Source: the human T2T-CHM13v2.0 reference genome, Homo sapiens
Length of the DNA stretch: 64,000 bases
NCBI RefSeq assembly: GCF_009914755.1
Contig: NC_060934.1
Strand: one strand, 5' to 3'
Shown: positions 52,933 to 64,000 of the stretch, piece after piece
Position numbering within the stretch: position 1 is the first letter of the stretch
Layout: every line of letters begins with the position of its first letter
The notes under the pieces: generated by a model
The model's input: the letters and a program-made list of their open reading frames with translations, nothing else
Database searches by the model: none
Told to the model about the DNA's origin: nothing
Program-made: the position numbers and the translations under genes

Positions 52933-54774
52933 CTTCCCTCGGCTAGGAAAGGGAATTCCCCTACCTCTTGTGCTTCCAGGGTGAGGCGATGCCCCGCTCT
53001 GCTTTGGCTCACACTCCGTGGGCTGCACCCACTGTCCAACAAGCCCCAGCAAGATGAACCTGATACGTCAGTTGGAAATGCAGAAATCACCCATCTTCTG
53101 CATCACTCACGCTGGGAGCTTTAGACTGGAGCTGTTCCTATTTGGCCATCTTTGAGCCTCCTCCCTTTCATTCAGGATTAATTTTTATGTGCAGATTTGC
53201 TCAATCACCTTTAGGCTCTTGAGCAGTCTGGCCAACTTGATGGGTTGGCATTTGTGTGTGTGTTGCTAAGCCTCACAGCTGCCTGATTGGGCAGCTTTAC
53301 TGGTGGAGTGTCAGATTCCTTGGTTGCCTATTAGAAAATGATGAGTCTTAAGCATAAAGAAATCCATTTAAAAAAAAAACACCATATAATCCTTTGGATA
53401 TTTGTACAGGCAAGCTGAAATGGGACATGATCTATAAAAAAATTGAAACTCAATATATATATTTTTTCTCAAAAGTATTTTTGTTGCAGTTTCCTCCTCA
53501 GTGTTGTGTTACTGGGAAATAATAGCTTCGCTTTCTTTCTAGTTTATTTGGCTAATTTAGGCTCAGTCTAATGATTCTCCATTTCTATGGAAAATAAGAA
53601 AAGACATATTTAACGTATTTCTAATTTTGAGTAGGTCTTTGCCGAATACAAGCATTTTGAATTAGCCAGAAAAAAATATTCAGAATATGACGTAAAATTG
53701 AGCTCTGATATTTCATTCTTCCAAAAGTTCTTTTACTGTTTGATAGTTTTCTGGACTTAACTGAAAGTGTAGTTTGTGTCAGAGTCTTTAGTGATTGATG
53801 ACAGGTAAAAGTTGGCAGCATGACCTGGAATTTTAATGGATCATGGAGGATTGACTCCTTGAGAGAAAAATTGTCAAATGATGCTCAGTGATGACAGTAT
53901 TCAGAAGACTATATGTATTCTCAATTTTAAAAGATAATGTCAAATTGAAAGTCAACTTTCTCTAGGTATTTTATTGGTGATTGTCACCTTGATCTTTCAC
54001 ATTCTACATTACTTTTCTCTCCCTGACTCAACAATATATATATTTTTTGCTAGAGAAATGTGCATCCAAGTTCACGTTAACACTTTCTTCATTCACAGGA
54101 GTCTTCCTTTACCTTAAATCTTTCAACATAGGTAGGGGTGTGGCAGCATGGGCAATGGGAGTTGAAGTATTGTTTGCAACTGGGATGGATTCTTGCTCTC
54201 TGAATTCTGAAACTCTAAAAGCATTAACTTCCTGCAGGCCAGGAAGTATGAGAGATGAATCAGCCTCTTCTCCCTCCAGCATCAATTTTTTGAATCTATA
54301 AACAGTGGCTTTATTGTGGTATACAATTATGGCAAAGGCCTTCACCAATGGAGCACGTTATTGATGGCAGATGTAATAGCTAGCTAATCCTATAATCATG
54401 TCAGTAGAATTAGGAGACCATTAGAGCTTCCCAGTTAAGCACTGGGTATTTGGAGATGTTGCTGCTCCAGTATTCAGCAGTGTTTTTGATCACTGCCATT
54501 CTGCAATAGACAATCTATGGGTCACAAGCTTCCATTTATCTATTGTATCTATAGAAACTCTCCTGTCTCTAGACTCTATGAAGTATGGGCATTTTCTCCC
54601 AAACAAATGAAGCTGAGAATATGAGAGGACCCTGAGTCCAAAGATATCCCAAAAGCCTATATTCTTAAGTAGAGGCTGAAGGTACCAAGAGCTAGGAAGT
54701 CAGTGAGTTGTCTTTTCTTAGGATAAACAGTGAGATTTGCAGCAGTCAATCCACTTCTTTCTCTGGATAATAGT

Positions 54775-55192
54775 TGATATGGTTTGGATGTTTGTCCTCT
54801 CCAAATCTCATGTGGAAATGTGACTTCCAATGTTGGATGTGGGGTCTAGTGAAAGGTATTGGTTCATGAGGAGAGATCCCTCATGAATGTCTTAGCACCA
54901 TCCCCTTGGTGATGAGTGAGTTCTTGCTCTAGGTTCATGTGAGATCTGGCTGTTTAAGAGTATGGCACCTCTCTCCTCTCTGTCTCTTGCTCCTGCACTC
55001 ACCATATGACAGGCTGGCTCCCCTTTGCCTTCCACCATGATTGTAAGCTTCCTGAGGCCTCACCAGAAGCAGATGCTGGCACCACACTTCTTTTACAGCC
55101 TACAGAAACTTAAGCCAAAATAAACCAATTTTCTTTATTAATTATCCAGTCTCAGGTATTCCTTTATAGCAATGTAAGACTAGACTAACACA
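54775..55192 (+). mobile_element. MSTB-like MaLR solo LTR
   Basis: tgatatggtttggatgtttgtcc...ccatgattgtaagcttcctgaggcc...ctcaggtattcctttatagcaa...actaacaca. Confidence 0.9.
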
Positions 55193-55556
55193 ATAACCTT
55201 TTCATCCTTTGAGCAGAAGTTACAGATGGGTGGTAAGAGGGGATAGAAATGGAACAAGACAGCAAAAATGTATGTTGGGGGAAGGGGTCTTTGAGATATA
55301 CATAAATCCAGGTTAATGTGCACATTTTATGCAGACTTAAGGCACATTTCCTACTCTTGCCTTTTAAGAAGACAGAAGGGCTTGAATCATAAAAAGGGAG
55401 GTCTTGGCAATCAAAATAATATACAAGTGATTGATGCTGCCATCTTCTTAACCAGGCACAAACTACTCTCAAACCCTTTGCAAACTTACTGCCTTTTTTC
55501 CCCTTCTTTTGCCAATTTTCTATGCAACTGCCAAGAATTTCATCAGCCTGGACTTC

Positions 55557-56189
55557 ATGTTGGCATACTCACTAATATTTTTATTTCCTTTCATTTTTGT
55601 GGCTCTGCATGCTTTTGAAGTCTTACTCAGCTTCCCTGAAACACCCTTGGTATATTTTAAAGGCTTCTTTCCAAACTTGAACTTTACCTGTGTGATACCT
55701 CCTTCCTGCACCTTGGCTGGATCCAGTCTTAATGTTGTGATTCTGTGTTCAAACATGCTTATGACTATTGGCAGGTCCACAGGCCTCATGGCAACAAGGG
55801 CTGCATGCCAGCCTTGCCTTACTCCCCTGGTGACCTTAGTTGCTTTCAACCACAATCTCATGAGTGTAGGAACAATCGCTGGCCTTATTGCATTGGAGTA
55901 TACCAGCTTTCATGTTTTAGGGCTTATCTGCCCTGATATATACTTGCATGACCTGCAAGAAGACATTTTTAAATCATTCTCTACTTCTGGATCCAAACAG
56001 AAGAAATGCTTTTCTCTTTTCCATCTTTTTGTTCTCTCATGCTTTCCAGTTCCTCAGCTCTTTCCACATCCTTTTAGGCACATGGAATTTATCCCTTTAG
56101 GCACTGTTAGTAGAATACTCTGTTATTTTCGTTTGCTTTCACAACTAAGATTTCTACAAAAATCTTGTCATCAGTGTTTAGGAATGTAG
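55557..56189 (+). other. 210-aa ATG-initiated hydrophobic ORF in apparently non-repeat DNA; no recognised homologue
   Basis: ORF track 55509-56189 starts at TTG; first in-frame ATG is 55557. The open frame is certain, coding status is unsupported. Confidence 0.2.
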
Positions 56190-56382
56190 GTGACCCCCAC
56201 TTTCAAATATCTGATGTTTTAAATCTATTTGTTTTTTGAGTTGGACATTTCATTTTTCACTCATTTAATGATGCAAAACAATAACCACAGGCTTTGATCA
56301 CAGAAGTTCTGCTTTTACCTAGCTTTCCTAATTAAAAAAGATATTCCTAAGATTTTATTTCATAAAAGGATTATGATTTTTT

Positions 56383-57153
56383 TGTTGTGTGAAAAATTTG
56401 GCTGGACGTTGGTTTCAGTTTCTGAGAGGAAGCCTTTAAACCCTGGGATTTCTGAAGAGATAGGAGTGTTTTTGTTATTTGTGGTGGGCCCCTTGAAACA
56501 CACCTGGGTTTACGTTAGTGAGGTAACTACTAGTGGGTCCCTATCCTATTTGATTTCAGAATGGAGACTGGCCATGACAGAAAGACCAACCATGATTTAG
56601 AGGCTTGGGGCTTTGAGCCATGTGATATCAGCCTGACATCCCAATCTCTGGAGTTGGGTGGAGAAGTGTTGAAGATTCAATTAAATCATGCTGGCATAAT
56701 GAAACACTAATAAAAACTCTGGATACTTGGAGTTTGGTCAGCTTTCTGGCTGGTGGTGCACACTGATATGCCGGGAGGGTAATATACCCTGACCCCATGA
56801 GGAGAGGACATGGAAATCCTGCATCTGAGACCCTCCTAGATCGTGCCCTATGTGTCTCTTATTTTCACTGGCTAGTTTTGATTTGCATCCTTTTTTGCTG
56901 TAATGAAACAGCAGTTGCAAGTACAACACTTTCTTGAGTTCCGTGAATTGTTATAATGACTTATTGAACGTGAGAGGGTAGTCGAAACCCCTGGATTTAT
57001 AACTAGTTGATCAGAAGTGCAGGTGGCCTGGCAACCCCTGAGCCTATGGGTGGTGTCTGAAGTGAGGGCAGACTAGGAGGGACTGTGCCCTTAACTGATG
57101 AAGTTTATTTAACCTAACTCCAGGTGGTTAGCATCAGAAGTCAACTGCAGTAC
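56383..57153 (+). mobile_element. MER77/MER21-group ERVL solo LTR
   Basis: ataggagtgtttttgttatttgtggtgggcccctt...gaaagaccaaccatg...ctaactccaggtggttagcatcagaa. Confidence 0.75.
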
Positions 57154-58369
57154 TGAAAGTCATTGGGAAACCACGGAAATAATAGGCTTTGCATGGAATT
57201 ATTGCACAAAAGTGTTAGTAAACAGGACAAAGTCATATTCTATTCTAAAATGCAATGAAATGGATAATTTCTACAATTTTGCAGCATCTAAATATTATGG
57301 CCACATATTCAAAACAATCACAGAGACAACTTATTCAACAAGTTTTTTCTTGAAAAACATCTGTTAAAGAACAGGTACTATGAATGAAGTTAAAAAGACA
57401 AACCTGTGAAAATATCTGGGATAAAATATTTAATTCACTATCAAGAAAATTAGGATTGAGAATATCACCACTGAACATAATTTACTCTTAACTTACCGAA
57501 TATTCCCCAGTACCTCCGAATATATTCTCAGTTGGAACTATTATAGTTCTAAGAAAGAGTTGATGGAAGATGTCAAGAACTTTTAATTTATAAACCATTA
57601 AGTGAAGCTTTCAAGAAGACTGTGGGCAATTTTAGAAATACTTACAAATAATAAAACTATATTGAAAATAATCTTCAGTAAAGTATTGGTGACATGATAT
57701 GAAAGGCAGATGTGGCTAAGAAACCAGATAACTTAGGTGACTATATGCTATTTCACCCAGAATAAATCCCAGTAGACGCTAGGGTGGTCTGTGAGACTCT
57801 CCTAAGGCTATTGACTTTCCCTTCCTCTGTGGTCTCTTCTAACCTCTCTCCTGGACCACTTTCCTCCCACCACACCCTGTCTGCATTCTAGTTGCTATTC
57901 AGACTCTCTAGCCACACTCTGTTGGCCATAGTAAAAATGGGTGGTTAGACCACAAAACCAGAAAACATGTCTCAAGTACCCAGTGTTCTGAATGAGCCTG
58001 TACTACTGTGCTGCTGATTATTGGCAATAAAGTAATTTATTACTTCCTTTTAATTGGTTTGAACCATATGAAATTGCCAAGTAATAGTGACATAGAAAAC
58101 AGGAAGTAATTAAATTAATCCCCAAATTGTATAGTCCCGATATCTCCAAATTAAATGGACAACGTCAAGTAAAATCAAAGAGAATGCAATAAAGTAAGAA
58201 AATATGAATGGACACTGAATAGAAATATTTATATATCAATACAGGAAGCTGCATCTGTTTGTTCATTTGTTGACAGGTGTTGTTAAATCCACAGGTTTAT
58301 TGTAATTAACCTGGTTACTAAGGGGCTAATCATCTAATCTAGTTTTCTTAAGAGGTTTGCTTACATTGT

Positions 58370-59412
58370 CTTCTCCTCTCCTTCCGTCTCCATCTCCTTT
58401 CATCCCTTCTTTGATGCCTTACTCCGGCCCCCAGTCATGTTTACTTTCAAAATTTACTAGTGACTTCTAAGCTTCCAGACTAAATAGCCTTTTCCAAGTC
58501 TTCACTCAGTTGTGTCTGAATGGCTTTTAATAGTCAACCACCCATCAGTTCTAGTTTTACCCACTTTGGGTTTCTGTGACACATGCTTTCTCCCCTGCAG
58601 CTCTACTACCCTTCTGATGACCACCTCTTCTGTATTTATTGGTTTCTGTCTACTAACAGAATCTATCTTCGGCCTTCCATCCTTTGCACTCACTCCTCAT
58701 GTGAGCTCATTCACCCTTATGATTTTTTACCTCTGTAGTACTGACTGCCTAATTTCTAAGCTCACCCCAACCCCTCATTGGCTCCTCTGTGTTGCATTTA
58801 TAGTCACTCACTGAAGGTACTTGCATTTAAATTATCACCATGTTCTCACAATCACTTCCAGACCACTTCCCTTTACCAATCATCTCATTTCTATCTTGGA
58901 CATGATTTAAGTCTCCCAGGAAACAAGTCTTCAATACAAAAGATAAATTTTGGGAATAGGAAACTAAAGTCATTATCTTTCTTCCAAAGAAGTTTCTGCT
59001 TTCAGCTCCTTGCGGTCTTCAATGGACATGTCCTGTCCTTGCATTATGCTGTGGTCCAATAACACCCTTCCACTTCTTATTCTCCAAATGCACTCTACCT
59101 TCCCTGAGCCTTTTCCCACACTATTCCCTTTACTTAGTTTCCATGCCACTCATCTCCACCAAGAAATCCTACCTGGTCTTCAAGGCCCAGTTATTATCCT
59201 CAGCCTCCAGCCAGAATGACTTTCACTGGACACTCATCTGTACCCATTTAGCATCTAAGAATCTTCAGTGGATGGAGATAGTTCTATACATCTCTCTCTC
59301 TCTAGTGCTAGGAAGTCAGTCCCCAGGCAACTGAATCCTTATCTGATTCTCATATTTTTAAACCCCTCACAGTACCCAGATTATGCTCATTAATTGTTGT
59401 TTTAATTGAATG
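58370..59412 (+). mobile_element. L2 fragment
   Basis: Pyrimidine-rich L2-like body, cctggtcttcaaggcccag, degraded tail cacagtacccagattatgctcattaattgttg. Confidence 0.6.
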
Positions 59413-60139
59413 GCATGGACTCTCCTAGGCATGGGGGTACAAAATAATCAGACTGGTTCTTATTTAAGCATTTGGGAGTCTTTTCCTACTTATTACCTGC
59501 AATTAAATGTTAATGAAGAATTACTGAAAAAATTAAAATGCATAAAGCACAGCTAATATTGTAAGAGGGATGACAGCCTGGCTAGAGACCTAGGCACGCA
59601 TGCACATCATATTAACTAGTTATGTAACTACCCTTTTATTTATCCTCTGGATTACTGGTCACATAGAAAGACTGAACACCAAAATTACTGGACACACTGA
59701 AGAAAGTTACACAGCAAGAACTTACCATCACAAAAAAGACAGTATCTGACTAAACTGACAGGTTTAGTTAGAACCAATATCTACTGCAAGGTATTTGTTC
59801 ACTTTTCCAGATCACTTGCAGGAGGGCCTCTGATGACAGATTACAACACATGTCTTAGCTGTCATTATGAAAGGCATGACTGATGAGTGTGCCAAGCCCT
59901 AGATTCTGCAAAGGAATTCTCTGACACTGTTATCTGGAGGGTTGGCCTGAAGTTAAACTGTGGAGTCAGTTGCTTTCTTCTCCCATCCTCAGGGCCGTCC
60001 AAGTTCCTTGTTATCCATTTCCTCTCCTGCCCTTCTCCTCAAACCTACACAAGATGCCTTTCTCACCAATTGTTAAAAAAAGATTGGGGATGGAGGGTGG
60101 AGAAATTGGAAAGTGCTAGTTTTTGAATCTATATAATAC

Positions 60140-60990
60140 ACATACATTTTTTAAGTCAAAGAGTATTTCAAGGTCAAAAACAGAAAAGAGCGTTCATCTG
60201 CCCCTTTTCTTTCTTCCTCATCTGCTTATGCCATACAGGCACCACCACTTTCAACCATTTTAGCAGTTGTTTCAGGCATTTATCTCCTTATTTATAAATA
60301 ATCCATTTATTCATCTATTTATTTTGCTTCTTGGTTTTAAATATGATCATTTATTTTTCTGTTTAATTTAATAAGCTTAGAACCTCCTCTCCCCTTGCAC
60401 ACCCAAGTACAAAATGGTTCTATCACAATCATAACTGGGAGGCAAAAAAAGTCAATGTTTTCACTATATATATGTGTGTGTGGGTGTGTATATATAGTGA
60501 ATATAATAAACATAATATTTCTTGTAGCTTAATCTTATGGTGTGTTATATTTCCTTATAGTGTGTTATGACATTTTCTTTCTTGTTCAACTTTTTGTTTT
60601 TTACAAATTCATAAACACCTCATTTTAAATGCTTACTTTTAAACCCCTAACTAAATCAGCCTCACACTTCTCAAAATAATATTTTACAATGTAAGTAACA
60701 CATCATTTATTAGTAACTTTTTTCTTTGTCGGAAACATCTCTGAAGACTCCTGCATCATTGAATCTGGACTAATTGCTCTTGACACTAACTATTCTGAGT
60801 CTGCCCTCACTCTCCTTCTAAGAAATTTCTTTGCTCTCTTCTATGTTGGATTCCCTATATCCTGGATTCTTTGTTTTACTCTTTCTTGGGTTTTGCTCTC
60901 ATTTTTGGAGAGGAATGCCTTCCAGTAGCTTCCTGAGAGAGAAGATGCATAGGAGGTAAATTTCTTAAAAGCTTGTTTGTCTTAAAGTGT
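60140..60990 (-). mobile_element. L1M/L1ME-like relic
   Basis: caccactttcaaccattttagc; ttccagtagcttcctgagagagaagatgcataggaggtaaattt. Confidence 0.45.
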
Positions 60991-60991
60991 C

Positions 60992-61248
60992 TTTTTTTTT
61001 TTTTTTTCCTGAGATAGAGTCTTATTCTGTCATCCAGGCTGGAATGCAGTGGCACAATCATGGCTTGCTGAAGCCTCACCTCCTCAGGCTTAGGTGATTG
61101 TCCCACCTCAGCCTCCTGCGTAGATGGAACTACAGGCGTGCAGTACCACATCTGGCTAACTTTTTGTAGAGGCAGGATTTTGCCATGTTGCCCAGGTTGG
61201 TCTCGAACTCCTGACCTCAAGCGATCTGCCTGCCTCAGCCTCCCAAAG
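60992..61248 (-). mobile_element. AluJ(b), 5' end truncated
   Basis: polyT-gagatagagtc...gcccaggttggtctcgaactcctgacctcaagcgatctgcctgcctcagcctcccaaag. Confidence 0.95.
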
Positions 61249-62084
61249 AATTATGTTGCTTTTGAGGAGTTCATTGCTTTTGGTTAGCTGTCTTTGGTAT
61301 GTGAGCTGCTTTTTTACTCTCCTCCCCAGGGTTGCATCAATTTTCTTCCCCTAAGTCAAGATACTTCAAAGAGCAATTATAGAATTTCAAAAATAAATCT
61401 ATATCACTTGGCCCCTTGCTTAAACTGTCTCATTATTTTTTTTAATAAGAATGAACACAAGAATTCATTCCTTGTGTTAGTAGAACACAAGGATAAGCTA
61501 ACAAGGATGCCTTTTAAGGATAAACTTGTCTTTATGCTTGCAAGATTTGCTTTCAATAATTGCAGTTTGATAAAAGCTTCAAAACCAGAAGTTTTTGGCA
61601 CTTAATACATGGCATATTACCTCCTAAAATTAGTAGAACTAAGGATACTTCATTTTAGCACCGCATGTGCTGTCCTCAAAAGGGTCTGGAGAAGGTCAGG
61701 AATAGAGAGAGGGTGATTGCCGGTTATCTTCCAGACTTAACTACAAGTTAAAGTGAGAAGTCTATTTACTGCAAATGCATCTGACATACTACTAAATGAG
61801 ACCATAACAGAGGCTGGAAACTGAAAGTGAAAGTCAACCAATCCTAACCATGCCTATTTTAAGTCTACTACTACTACTAATAATAACACTTTATTACAAA
61901 TGAAAATAAAATCAGAAAAAATGCTAAGCTGGATAACATTTCAGTGCAGTTGTTATAAAATTCCAAGGCAAATAAATGTCAAGTCTCATGAAATGTAACG
62001 ATTCCAGGCAAACTAAGATGCATGACCACCCCAGATACAGGGCATCTTTAATATTAAAAAAAGATTCATTTCAGAATTTGTGGA

Positions 62085-64000
62085 AGGAAAAGTCCAGGAC
62101 CTGATAGCTTCACTGCTGAATTCTACCAAACACTTAAAGAACTAATACCAATTCCACTTAATCTATTCTGAAAAATAGAAAAGGAGGAAATACTTCCAAA
62201 CTCATTGTATGAGGCCGGTATTACCCTGATGCCATGAAAGACACATCAAAAAGGAAAACGACAGGCCAATATCTCTGATAAATATTGACGCAAAAATCTT
62301 CAACAAAATACTAGCAAACCAAATTCAACAATACTTTAGAAAGATCATTCATCATGATCAAGTAGCATTTATCCCTGCCATGCCAGGATGGCTCAACGTA
62401 TGCAAATCAATCAATATGGTACATCATATCAACAGAATGAAGGACAAAACCATATGATTATTTCAATTGATGCTGAAAAAGCATTTGATAAAATTCAACA
62501 TCACTTCATGATAAAACTCTTAAAAATCTGGGTATATAAGGGCCACACCTAAACATAAAAAAACATATATTACAGACCCACAGCTAGTATCATACTGAAT
62601 GGGGAAAATCTAAAGCTTTTCCTCTAAGATCTGGAACATGGCAAGGAGGCCCACTTTCACCACTGTTATTCAACATAGTACTGAAAGTTCTAGCTAGAGA
62701 AATCAGACAGGAGAAATAAAGGGCATGCAATTTGGAATGGAAGTAGTCAAATTATCCTTGTTTGCAGATGATATGATCTTGTATTTGGAAAAACCTAAAG
62801 ACTCCACAAAAAACCTATTAGAACTGATAAACAAATTCAGTAAAGTTGTAGGATACAAAACCAATATGCAAAAATCATATGCCAATAGTGAACAATCTAA
62901 AAAATAAATTTAAAAAGTAACCTCACTTACAAGAACCATGAATAAAATTAAATACCTAGAAATCAACTTAGCCAAAGAAATGAAAGATCTCTGTGATAAA
63001 ATTCTAAAACACTAATGAAAAAAGTGGAAGAGGACACCAGAAAATGGAAAAATATTCCACGTTCACAGATTGGAAGAATCAATATTGTTAAAATGTCCAC
63101 ACTACCCAAAGCAATCTACAGTTTCAATGCAATCTCTATTAAAATACCAATGACATTCTTCACAGAAATAGAAAAAACAATCCTACAATTTATATGGAAC
63201 CACAAAAGACCCAGAATAGCCAAAGCTATCCTAAGCAAAAAGAACAAAACTGGAGGAATCACATTACCTAACTTCAAATCATACTATAGAGCTATAGTAA
63301 CCAAAATGGCATGGTACTGGCATAAACACGGACACATAGAGCAATGGGACAGAATAGAGAACTCAGAAACAAATGCATACATCTACAGTGAGCTCATTTT
63401 TGACAAAGGCATCAAGAAACTACATTGTGGAAAGGACAGTCTTTTCAATAAATGGTGCTGGGAAAATGGGATATCCATATGCAGAAGAATGAAGCTAGAT
63501 CCCTATCTCTTGCCATATATAAAATTAAATCAAAACAGATTAAAGACATAAATCTAAAACCTCAAACTATAAAACTACTAGAAGAAAACTTTGAGAGAAT
63601 TCTCCATGACATTGGTCTGGGCAAAAATTTATTGAGCAATACCTTACAAACACAGGCAACCAAAGCAAAAATGAATGAATGGGATCACACAAAGTTAAAA
63701 ATCTTCTGCGCAGCAAAGGAAGCAATCAATAAAGTGAAGAAACAACCCACAGAATGGGAGAAAATACTTGCAACTACCTAGCTGACAAGGGTTTAGTAAC
63801 CAGAATATATAAGCATCTCAAACAACTCAATAAGAAAACATCTAACAATCTGATCAAAAATGAGCAAAAGATTTGAATAGACATTTCCCAAAAGAAGACA
63901 TACAAGTGACAAATAGGTATATGAAAAGTTGCTCATATCATTGATCACTGGAGAAATGTCAATTAAAATTACAATGAGATATCTTCTCACTACAGTTAAA
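62085..64000 (+). mobile_element. L1MA-like LINE-1, 5' truncated, ORF2 RT to C-terminal region, runs off the window
   Basis: aaaagtccaggacctgatagcttcactgctgaattctacc start; FADDM in 62725-62907; ORF2 pieces 63015-63781. Confidence 0.9.

Noticed and set aside
55520-55909. Minus-strand ORF containing TRGVRQG, like a non-LTR reverse transcriptase motif
   Set aside because: No following LSPxLF or YADD motifs and the neighbouring motif order is wrong; probably chance
55688-55952. Minus-strand exon-like segment (tcttcttgcAG| ... CAG|GTAAAG)
   Set aside because: Stops in all three frames near its start, short pyrimidine tract, no partner exons; cannot be supported without RNA data
61645-61675. Resemblance to the reverse complement of the U6 snRNA 5' end
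   Set aside because: Under 30 nt with gaps; the context looks more like an old L1 relic

Overview
This is primate genomic DNA (catarrhine/human-like, judged from AluJ and L1PA5-type elements), AT-rich and mostly made of interspersed repeats. I recognise no exon of a known protein-coding gene, and no tRNA, rRNA or CRISPR array. Nearly all ORFs in the track are broken L1 ORF1/ORF2 pieces or chance ORFs in repeats. There are three large minus-strand L1s (L1PB-like 7.9-15.0 kb lacking its 3' end, L1PA13-like 21.3-27.1 kb, full-length but dead L1PA5-like 47.0-53.2 kb) and a plus-strand L1MA-like fragment running off the end. There are also three AluJ, many MaLR/ERVL/ERV1 LTRs, hAT MITEs and MIR/L2/L3 relics, several in deep nests with readable target-site duplications (TSDs). 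The best candidate for something undescribed is a speculative plus-strand transcription unit built from transposons at 52.6-56.7 kb. It has an open L1 antisense ORF0 with both splice donors, a sense MSTB LTR with its splice donor, two well-formed 3' splice sites, and a 210-aa hydrophobic ATG ORF in non-repeat DNA; the splice phases allow in-frame fusions. Repeat subfamily names come from my recall of consensus sequences and boundaries are approximate unless a TSD is quoted, so RepeatMasker/Dfam should confirm them.
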